64,000 nucleotides of DNA, taken from the IMG/VR virus record IMGVR_UViG_3300021400_001148, positions 192,001-256,000 of that record, one strand, 5' to 3'. Both the position numbers and the translations under genes were made by a program. Source of the stretch: a virus. Taxonomy: Duplodnaviria; Caudoviricetes. Below, one piece after another: positions 56,573 to 64,000 of this stretch. Every line of letters begins with the position of its first letter. The stretch's first letter is position 1. The notes below the pieces were generated by a model that saw only the letters and a list, made by a program, of their open reading frames with translations, was not told the origin of the DNA and did not search any database.

Positions 56573-57298
56573 CTACAAATCTTCAATCATTTTCTTCTTC
56601 AACTCATAGTAGGCGAACTTATATTTCTTCATGTTGTCCCTCACTTCCTTTGTAGAAAGAAGCGTGTTTTCACGCAGGTAATAGAGGACTTTGGATTTGT
56701 TAAGTTTGTTAGAGCCGTCATCTGTAAGTATACCCTCCCAATTGTTAAAGAGTTCACAAAGCACACTCCCTACTTTTCTTTCATTGTCAGACAAATGTAT
56801 TGAAGAATCATTCATCATTTCATCAATTTTTTTCGCAATCCCGCTTGTAAGGTCAGAGGCTAAAGTATTCGAATCTGTATTGGTCGAGTAGTCTATGCTG
56901 TTCTGGAACTTCTCGTATGTATCATCATACGGCTCGTTGCGTTCAATTTTTTTCTTGAACTGGTTGATTTTGTAAATCAATTGGTTTTTGCAGATTGTTC
57001 CATAATATGAATACGCCTTATGATGTTTTTCCGGGTCATATTTATCCATTTTTGTGGATAAGAAAGACATTATGTCATTGAAGGTTTCATCAAATTCTTC
57101 TTCCGGAACGAAAAGTTTGTATCTGCGGATAATTGATTCTATCATCTTAGTGAAAGCAGGTTTCAGTATTCCGTTGAATATTTCATTTCGTCTTTCAACA
57201 CTATCTGTTTTAAGGTATTCTTTTACAGCATTTTCTTGCACCTCTGAAAAATACATCTTCTCTGTTTCACTCTTGGGTTTTCTGCCTTTTTTGGCCAT
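56573..57298 (-). CDS. Late-transcription sigma factor (gp55-like)
   Basis: Sigma region-2-like KYDPEK..KAYSYYGTICKN; N-terminal YF..E.AV..Y. Confidence 0.65.
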   Translation of the reverse strand: MAKKGRKPKSETEKMYFSEVQENAVKEYLKTDSVERRNEIFNGILKPAFTKMIESIIRRYKLFVPEEEFDETFNDIMSFLSTKMDKYDPEKHHKAYSYYGTICKNQLIYKINQFKKKIERNEPYDDTYEKFQNSIDYSTNTDSNTLASDLTSGIAKKIDEMMNDSSIHLSDNERKVGSVLCELFNNWEGILTDDGSNKLNKSKVLYYLRENTLLSTKEVRDNMKKYKFAYYELKKKMIEDL

Positions 57299-57431
57299 TG
57301 TTGATAAAGTTTTATCTTTAATTTTATTAACAACCGCCATCCACGAATTTAATCGTGCTTCTAAGCACACCCCGAAGGGCCTTTCCACTTTGACGTTGAA
57401 GGCCAGCCCTCTGGACTGGCCAAATAAATAA

Positions 57432-58211
57432 TTAGTTCTTAGGAGAAAATGTTTTTTTTCTATCTTCTTTGAAGAAATATTCTTTCTGTGCCAAATCCAA
57501 ATACCATTTAACCTCTTCTTCGGATAGCCCGGAATATTTCTCTACAAGACTTCCCTTGCGATTCATTCCGTGTTGGTACCCTATTTTAGGTATGACGTAT
57601 GCTTTTTTGGAATTGTTCAAGGTTCTTAAAAGAAATTCAGTCCAAAAAGCAATCTTAATACTGGGTTTTAGGCCACCAACGGTCACAAAGTCCGTGGTTT
57701 TGAAAACAGAACCGGTCAGGTTAAAGTCTGAATAATCCTTAAGAGCATCGATTGATAGATAACCAATATTATCCGAATATGCCGCCGAAAGGCCAATTTC
57801 ATTCGCTAAACCAACTGGAACCTTTTCACCAGAAGAAAGGTCGTATACTTCAGTCACAGGAAGAAATACCGAGACATCTTGAAGTGTTTCGAGATGCTCC
57901 TGAACATTCTTGAACCAGATTTTTGTGTAACTGTCATCAACTTCAAGGATGGAGAAGTAATCAGTCTGGCAGGATTTGGCTGCAGCATTGATTTGTGAAC
58001 AGAAATCAGAGACTTCGTTTTCAAGGAAATTTATTCTTCCCTCATATGTTATCTGTATTTTTTCATATTCTTTCAGAACTGCTTTTGGACCAACCACGGT
58101 AACAGAGTAATTTTCATTGTTACTGGGTACACTAGATAAAGCGTTTTGATAGAACTTACTAAGTTCGTCACTGTATTCGTGAACTGGCACTATAATGGTG
58201 ATGTTTTTCAT
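57432..58211 (-). CDS. Glycosyltransferase family 2 (GT-A)
   Basis: ITIIVPVH…IN.A…YFSILEVDD. Confidence 0.75.
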   Translation of the reverse strand: MKNITIIVPVHEYSDELSKFYQNALSSVPSNNENYSVTVVGPKAVLKEYEKIQITYEGRINFLENEVSDFCSQINAAAKSCQTDYFSILEVDDSYTKIWFKNVQEHLETLQDVSVFLPVTEVYDLSSGEKVPVGLANEIGLSAAYSDNIGYLSIDALKDYSDFNLTGSVFKTTDFVTVGGLKPSIKIAFWTEFLLRTLNNSKKAYVIPKIGYQHGMNRKGSLVEKYSGLSEEEVKWYLDLAQKEYFFKEDRKKTFSPKN

Positions 58212-59359
58212 TATTTGTTAGTTTCTTCCTTTTTATTCAATGTTGCAAGCGTTCCTTCAAACTCTGCAAGCCTTTTTTCTGTAAGATAGGTTATGACAGA
58301 TTCAATATCACTATCATTCACTTCCTTCGTGTGAAGATTTTCAACTGTTTTTATCTCATCATAAATCGTATCGGGCACTTCATCCCTTAACCACATAGTA
58401 ATCAATCTTGCAAGAAGGTCTGGAACTGCACTATAGTCATCAAACCAAATTACTGAATCAGTAAGGCCATCTTTGCTTTTCATCCACTCAGGGAGTTTCT
58501 TAGGAATCTTCCCAATAACAATTGAACCAGTTTTCAGGGCCTCGAGCGCTGCGTAGCCGAAACTGGATTCTTCATCAATCCAAACGGTGATTGCACCATC
58601 ACGGATTGCATCTGCAAAGGTACTCTGAGGTAGATTGGCAAGTTGTGTGAATGTGACCCATTTATATTCAGGATATTTCCACATAAACGGTTTGATGATT
58701 CTGGAAGCATCATTACCGTCCTTGCAGACAAAATTCACGATAAGTTTCCTTGGTTTCTCTGATTTACGGAAAACAGTAGAGGAAATCCCCGGACGGACCA
58801 AATGTGTTTTAATTCTGGGAAGATTCTGTTCGAACCAATCAGCGTTATATTCAGTATTAACAATTGCGTCAGTTATACCATATTTGTAAGGACTGACACC
58901 AAGAGGGATAAACCTTGTGAAATATTCATCGTTCTGGAAAATAATGACTCTCTTGCAAGGCAAAGCCTTGGTTTGGGACATAATTTCGGTATAGATATCA
59001 GGAATAAAAAGGAAATCCGAGGGGGATACTTTCAAATGCCTATTGTCTACGATATTATGTTTGAGTTCAGAGTACTTTCCTTCGGCCCACTCGCCTATTC
59101 CCACGAATTCCTTTTCACTGTGAAGCATGGTAACATCATACCCCTTGGAGTGGAGATAATAGGCAATACGGTAGATGTAAAGGAGTGACCCAGAAGGTAC
59201 GCCTTTTGTGTCAATTACATAAAAGTAAAATCTTGATTTCTTATCCTTTAGTTTTGCAATTTCTTCCTCAACCCTTTTGATTATAACATCTTTACTAACC
59301 GTTGTTTCTTGGTTTGAGAGTGTTTGCGGCATTTCTGTATTTTTTGTATTTTCAGCCAT
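58211..59359 (-). CDS. Glycosyltransferase (GT-B fold)
   Basis: G…IY..A..L…GY.V; SFGYAALEALKTG..VIG. Confidence 0.7.
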   Translation of the reverse strand: MAENTKNTEMPQTLSNQETTVSKDVIIKRVEEEIAKLKDKKSRFYFYVIDTKGVPSGSLLYIYRIAYYLHSKGYDVTMLHSEKEFVGIGEWAEGKYSELKHNIVDNRHLKVSPSDFLFIPDIYTEIMSQTKALPCKRVIIFQNDEYFTRFIPLGVSPYKYGITDAIVNTEYNADWFEQNLPRIKTHLVRPGISSTVFRKSEKPRKLIVNFVCKDGNDASRIIKPFMWKYPEYKWVTFTQLANLPQSTFADAIRDGAITVWIDEESSFGYAALEALKTGSIVIGKIPKKLPEWMKSKDGLTDSVIWFDDYSAVPDLLARLITMWLRDEVPDTIYDEIKTVENLHTKEVNDSDIESVITYLTEKRLAEFEGTLATLNKKEETNK

Positions 59360-59370
59360 AATTTTCTTTT

Positions 59371-59772
59371 TTAGTCAGTGATTTCGTAAATTACTTTATA
59401 AGTTAAGAGCGTGTTAAAGGCAATGTTGAAACTTATGTCAAAACGAATGTCGTTTTCAAAAGAGCCATAGTAGTACTGTTGTTTATTCAATACAACCGTA
59501 AGGCAGGTCTTGAACAAATCGTACCGCATTGTGTCATTCTGGGTATTTCCAACACCCTTTATTTCCCTGATTACTTTTGAATTCGATTCAAGTACGCCAG
59601 TCTCAGTTTTTTCAAAGCCTTCTGTGATTTCAACGGAGTTACCATCCTCATTGTCCGACTTGAAGCAGAGCCTCTCAATTGCAGACACATCTATTCCGTA
59701 TTTTTTTCCGTCGGAATAGAGAACATTGTCCTCCACTTCCTTCTTTTTAAATAAGTTTTTCAATAATCCCAT
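59371..59772 (-). CDS. Hypothetical protein
   Basis: ORF within the operon. Confidence 0.7.
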   Translation of the reverse strand: MGLLKNLFKKKEVEDNVLYSDGKKYGIDVSAIERLCFKSDNEDGNSVEITEGFEKTETGVLESNSKVIREIKGVGNTQNDTMRYDLFKTCLTVVLNKQQYYYGSFENDIRFDISFNIAFNTLLTYKVIYEITD

Positions 59773-60337
59773 TGTCGTTTATGAAGTCTAGCATGTTATT
59801 ATATGAATAATCCCCAGCAACCGCTTTGTTGTAGTCTGCTTCGATTTTCACTGTTTTCTTACCATCAGGTTTTTCCAAAAGAAGTTTTGGGTTGGCAGTG
59901 ACAAGTACATCACATTTCTTCCAAATATTACTAGAGTCGGCCGGGAGATAAACCTCTCTCACCCGAGCCCCAAGTCTTGAAATAAACCAATAAGTTGCGG
60001 GAATGGTGAGCCCATATTCAAAAGTTGAGACTATAATAACCTCGATTGGGTCATCTGTGTCAATATTTGTCAGGTCTTTTGTCGTCCAGTTTATAAATGC
60101 GGCACCAAGGCCTCTGTCACATGAAGGGCATTTACCGAAAAGTTCCCAAGGATAATCTTCATACACAAACTCCTCGTATTCTTTCCTGTTTTCAAAAGGA
60201 AAAACCTCATCCAGTTTGTTTGTTTTAATCTCTAATGACTCCAAATCAATGTCGGGGTTAATATCGCGTTTGTAAAATTGCCCGAAATTGTATGTATAGT
60301 CTCTCAAGACATCATTCAAATCAACGGCTATTGTCAT
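59747..60337 (-). CDS. HAD-family 5'(3')-deoxyribonucleotidase-like protein
   Basis: IAVDLNDVLRD motif I variant; C-terminal K…YN. Confidence 0.65.
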   Translation of the reverse strand: MTIAVDLNDVLRDYTYNFGQFYKRDINPDIDLESLEIKTNKLDEVFPFENRKEYEEFVYEDYPWELFGKCPSCDRGLGAAFINWTTKDLTNIDTDDPIEVIIVSTFEYGLTIPATYWFISRLGARVREVYLPADSSNIWKKCDVLVTANPKLLLEKPDGKKTVKIEADYNKAVAGDYSYNNMLDFINDNGIIEKLI

Positions 60338-60349
60338 TTTATTCTTTTT

Positions 60350-61357
60350 TTATTCTTGTTTATTTTTCTTTACCTTTCCTGCACGAATGCCCTCAAGAAG
60401 TTTTTTACTTTCCTCTATGTCGATTTTATTGGCATTTTCAGCAGCCTCGATATTTTCAATTGCTTCTTTCAATGGAGTTGCCCTACGATTTTTCCTTTCC
60501 TCTTTGGCTTCAAATTTGCGTTTGGACTCTTCATCATACATATCTTCGGCAATGTCTACACCGAGTTTTTCAGGCGTGCCCGTAAAGGTCAGAACATATG
60601 AACCACCTTTCTCATGATATTTAATGCCAACATATTCGAGATTGATGAAGGAGAATTCGAGCAGGTCTTCAACAGGAAAGGCTTTTTCAGAAATGAAGGA
60701 AACATTATCAAAATCAGTTATATCTGACATTCTAGATTTACGCTCATATAATGTTTTCATCTCTTTATCAAAGAAAATAGCCTTCGGCTCATTCTCCTGA
60801 GGACCAGCCGGTACATAAAAATCAAGATAGTAAGTCTCACCGTCTTTGCGGATGATTAACTGGCTTGCGTAATCTTCTATGTTAAACCTAGACAGCCATT
60901 TTCTCTTAATTTTGAGTCTGTGTTCAACCTTTCCCTCTTTTCCGGTACTGAGAAGATTTCCTAGTTCCTCTGACACGGACTTTTTAATGAGGTCATTTTT
61001 CTGAATTATGACAACACTGTACTCTTCCTCATTGCAAATGTTTTTGTTGGCCTTTGTGAAAATCTCATTTTTGCTTTTTTTCACTGCCTGGCCGCCGCCG
61101 ACATACTTGTATTCATCAGCTTTTTTTGCAGCCTGATATGTTTCATAACGAAGGTCTTTTACTTCTTGGGTAACTTCACCACGAAGCAGAGCCGCGTAGA
61201 GGTTATTACTCTCTATTTTTTTCTCCTGTTCCGAATCGCTCCCAGTGACATTTTTATTGCTGTTTGAAATAACTTCATCAGCGGATTTCATCCCGCGAAA
61301 AAGCGAGTTAAAGAAAATTACTATATTGAGTTTCAGTTTTTTGAAAAAATTAGACAT
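60350..61357 (-). CDS. Hypothetical protein
   Basis: Start at MSNFF overlapping the upstream stop. Confidence 0.7.
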   Translation of the reverse strand: MSNFFKKLKLNIVIFFNSLFRGMKSADEVISNSNKNVTGSDSEQEKKIESNNLYAALLRGEVTQEVKDLRYETYQAAKKADEYKYVGGGQAVKKSKNEIFTKANKNICNEEEYSVVIIQKNDLIKKSVSEELGNLLSTGKEGKVEHRLKIKRKWLSRFNIEDYASQLIIRKDGETYYLDFYVPAGPQENEPKAIFFDKEMKTLYERKSRMSDITDFDNVSFISEKAFPVEDLLEFSFINLEYVGIKYHEKGGSYVLTFTGTPEKLGVDIAEDMYDEESKRKFEAKEERKNRRATPLKEAIENIEAAENANKIDIEESKKLLEGIRAGKVKKNKQE

Positions 61358-61583
61358 TTTCAAGGCGGTTTTCGATTTCATTAAATATTCTGTTCTTTTT
61401 TGCCTCTGCCGCATTCAGTTTTTCCAATGTGGACTTGAGTACTTCTTTACTCTCTTCACTGTCACCATACCGATTTCCACGGCTCATCTCATAAAGATTC
61501 TTGTATTTGTCACAGATAATGTTGGCACTCTCATTGTATGCCACGAGTTCCACTATGGAAGCATTTTTCAAAATTTCACTCAT
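61350..61583 (-). CDS. Hypothetical protein
   Basis: TTGACC-N17-TATGTT upstream. Confidence 0.65.
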   Translation of the reverse strand: MSEILKNASIVELVAYNESANIICDKYKNLYEMSRGNRYGDSEESKEVLKSTLEKLNAAEAKKNRIFNEIENRLENV

Positions 61584-61691
61584 TTCTTCTAAGTTTACAT
61601 TAACATACCCCGAAAAGGCTTTAAGGTCAAGTAATACAATAAAAAAAAACCGTGAATTTCTTCACGGTTTTCTTCAAAAAAGTATGCTTAG

Positions 61692-62822
61692 TTATTGATT
61701 GTAGGCAACGCTGTTTTCTACGACCCATTTAGAGTTCTTGTATTCGTTGAGATTCCGACTGTTGGTGTAACTCATAGCAGAGCGGAGGTAGTCAATTTCG
61801 TTTTCAACCCACCCACTGAGATTGAATTCCACTCGTTGGTAATAAGTTTTTCCCTCGGATGTCTTAATTTTCGCGTTAGGATTTATTTTTGCCTGCGCTC
61901 TTTTCGAACTCATTCCATAGAACTCTTTCCAGATAGAAAGTTTGTTTTCCTTAAAAAGTGCGTATGCTTTTCCAAAGTCCTTTCTTTGTATTTCCCTTCC
62001 GTAAGTAAAGAGGGTTTTAAATGGTCTGAAGATTTTCTTACCATTCACATTGAAATAGGAGTTACCATATGTGGTTTTCCCTGCGGACTCAATGGCTTTA
62101 TTGAAAAGCCCACCTATCATGACATAATCAGCATAAATGAGGGCTTTCTGTATGTCTCGATATCCGCGAATGCCGCCGTCAGCAATGATTTTACATTTTC
62201 CCCCAAGTTTTACTTTGTATTCATAAATCTCTTTAATCAAAGAAAAACTTGGAAAATAAATACCAGTATTGCTGGCTGTAAGGCAACCACTTCCAGAACC
62301 GATGGTGCAGCGCACATAATCCACACCGGCGTTTTCATATGCTCTATATGTTTCGGGATTGGCAATGTTGCCAGTCATAATGGTAAAGAAAACCCCGGGG
62401 AGCCTTTTCAGTTGTACGCAGATGTCAAGAAGACTGGTCATATGACCGTTTGCGATATCAATACACACCTTATAAGACTCATTGGTGCGTATCCAGCCTT
62501 GTGGCCCGTGTGCATCAAGGAAATCCCTGACTGCATCCTCTGCTTCTTGTAGCGAAATGGCAAAGAAGCAATTATATTTCCGAGAGAGTTCAATCCTTTT
62601 TTTTATTGGTACAACAGTTCTCGGAATAATGGTGTTAATCTTGTTATTAACGAAATCTTCTATGTTCTCTTCATCAACAACACTATCCATAGGAGAAGCA
62701 AAGATAGGAAGCATTCCATTTTCGTCAAAGGGGTTACATTCCTTTCTTGACCTGATGTCGGTAACAACTTCCGGCATAATGGATACATCATTGTATCCTA
62801 ACTTGATATCGTGTTCTTTCAT
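61692..62822 (-). CDS. guaC: GMP reductase (IMPDH/GMPR family)
   Basis: SPMD, CIDIANGH, IGSGSGCLT, IIADGGI, FYGMSS…SEGK; no CBS domains. Confidence 0.8.
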   Translation of the reverse strand: MKEHDIKLGYNDVSIMPEVVTDIRSRKECNPFDENGMLPIFASPMDSVVDEENIEDFVNNKINTIIPRTVVPIKKRIELSRKYNCFFAISLQEAEDAVRDFLDAHGPQGWIRTNESYKVCIDIANGHMTSLLDICVQLKRLPGVFFTIMTGNIANPETYRAYENAGVDYVRCTIGSGSGCLTASNTGIYFPSFSLIKEIYEYKVKLGGKCKIIADGGIRGYRDIQKALIYADYVMIGGLFNKAIESAGKTTYGNSYFNVNGKKIFRPFKTLFTYGREIQRKDFGKAYALFKENKLSIWKEFYGMSSKRAQAKINPNAKIKTSEGKTYYQRVEFNLSGWVENEIDYLRSAMSYTNSRNLNEYKNSKWVVENSVAYNQ

Positions 62823-62824
62823 AA

Positions 62825-63259
62825 CTAATTCCTGCCAGTTGAGCCAAAACCTCCGGAGGCACGCTCAGTTTCATCAAGGGTTTCAGTATTTTCCCAAACA
62901 ATTGTTTCAAATTTATTAAGCACGGCCTGTGCTATCCTGTCCCCCGGGTTTATTGTGAACTTTTCCTGTGAAAGGTTTATGAGGATAACACCAATTTCAC
63001 CACGATATCCCGCGTCAACAGTACCTGGCGTATTAAGAACTGTGATACCGTTTTTTACAGCAAGGCCGCTTCTTGGCCTGACCTGCAGTTCATATCCCTC
63101 CGGGACCCCTAAATAAAGGCCTGTGGGTATGCAAACTCGTTCAAGCGTGTTTATCGTTATTGGGGTTTCTATATTTGCCCTGAGGTCCATTCCCGCGTCC
63201 CCGGGGTTTTTATACTCTGGGTTAGGGTATTTTGATTTGTTAATGATTTTAACTTCCAT
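62825..63259 (-). CDS. dut: Trimeric dUTPase
   Basis: AGMDL, RPRSGLA, GTVDAGYRGE, GDRIAQ, R..GGFGSTG. Confidence 0.95.
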   Translation of the reverse strand: MEVKIINKSKYPNPEYKNPGDAGMDLRANIETPITINTLERVCIPTGLYLGVPEGYELQVRPRSGLAVKNGITVLNTPGTVDAGYRGEIGVILINLSQEKFTINPGDRIAQAVLNKFETIVWENTETLDETERASGGFGSTGRN

Positions 63260-63998
63260 AATCTTCTGTTTCAGCGTTTTTTAAGAAATGTTGCGCCTCA
63301 TGTACATATTTGCAAGAACTTATGTCCGCCGGCGTGCTTATTGGAAGAAGTTCTCGATGTTCGCTTAGCGGTATTGGAGAAATTCGTTTTTCAGAGTTCC
63401 TTACATATGAAAGATGTGGCTGGTTTTTCACAAAACCTATTTTTCTGTTTGACAGGGAACTTATTTTTATAATCTCTTTCTCCTCGTAGTTATTTCTACT
63501 ATGGAGATAAACATAGTCCCCGAGCATAAAATTCTTCGAACCCCAGACATATGGCGTTTTCTTGATTAGAATTGTCTTTTTGAAATCTTCTTGCGGGATT
63601 ACATTGAGCAGTAGATTTCTGTATTTCACAAAGTCACTCCAGCCATATTCTCTGTTCTTTTTCGGAACCGTAAGAGTCTCGGGATTTTCGAAATAGTCTA
63701 TGACGCAACACCCAAAATCAGTATCAACCGTATGAAAAGAAATATGAAGTTTCTTTAAATCAACAATACCCTTCCAAACATCACCATTCCAAAGAACTTG
63801 CTGACGGGGTACTATTTGTGCCCCTTCATTGGGCGGAAGTGCATCGTGCACCACAATTTTTCCACCCTTGTTCAAGTGCTTAAGGGAGTTGATAATGTCT
63901 TTTCTTACTTGTTCCCTCATATGCAATCCATCAATGAAGATAATGTCATATTTCCTATTGACAGTTTCAAAAAATTCATCTGAAGTCATTTTGTAAGT
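63249..63998 (-). CDS. Class I SAM-dependent methyltransferase (Methyltransf_24-like); 5'-partial
   Basis: TSDEFF…YDIIFIDGLH…GG.IVVHD…WNGDVWK; frame is open to the window edge. Confidence 0.8.
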   Translation of the reverse strand, partial: TYKMTSDEFFETVNRKYDIIFIDGLHMREQVRKDIINSLKHLNKGGKIVVHDALPPNEGAQIVPRQQVLWNGDVWKGIVDLKKLHISFHTVDTDFGCCVIDYFENPETLTVPKKNREYGWSDFVKYRNLLLNVIPQEDFKKTILIKKTPYVWGSKNFMLGDYVYLHSRNNYEEKEIIKISSLSNRKIGFVKNQPHLSYVRNSEKRISPIPLSEHRELLPISTPADISSCKYVHEAQHFLKNAETEDYGS

Positions 63999-64000
63999 CA

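Noticed and set aside
1-64000. Stop-codon recoding (TAG=Gln) as in Lak megaphages
   Set aside because: Core genes are full-length in the standard code, and TAG ends genes at their expected termini (tail tube, phoH, dut)

Overview
A 64 kb segment of a T4-related jumbo myovirus genome (standard genetic code). The host is most likely Bacteroidota, judging by the TAnnTTTG promoters and the Bacteroidota-like tmRNA. Virion and packaging genes present: tail tube, prohead protease, scaffold, major capsid protein, terminase, neck, portal and a gp5-like baseplate protein. Other genes include a gp55-like late sigma factor, ClpC, IF-1, PhoH, GMP reductase, dUTPase and two glycosyltransferases. Several unusual systems are layered on this backbone. 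(1) Two IS1595-family elements with definable terminal inverted repeats carry passenger genes that have a phage late promoter and an N-terminal leader shared with about a dozen other phage proteins; the leader is a candidate capsid-targeting/prohead-protease tag, so these look like transposons shuttling virion cargo. (2) The family B DNA polymerase is fractured at its catalytic GD/TD motif into two genes joined by a Ser1/Thr+1 split intein, with a Hef-like endonuclease gene between the halves. (3) The phage tmRNA (tag ANRYAYSYAYAA) is interrupted in its T-loop by a 188-nt group I intron and lies in an AAA-infA-ssrA unit beside clpC. (4) There are three Hef-like endonucleases plus a remnant, with a Mom-like GNAT C-terminal domain. 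(5) Three protein-less IS200/IS605 relics appear to retain TnpB omegaRNA ends. (6) A TATTTAT(A) motif precedes late genes and is the reverse complement of the T4 late promoter. All protein calls come from motif recognition by eye; no searches were run.
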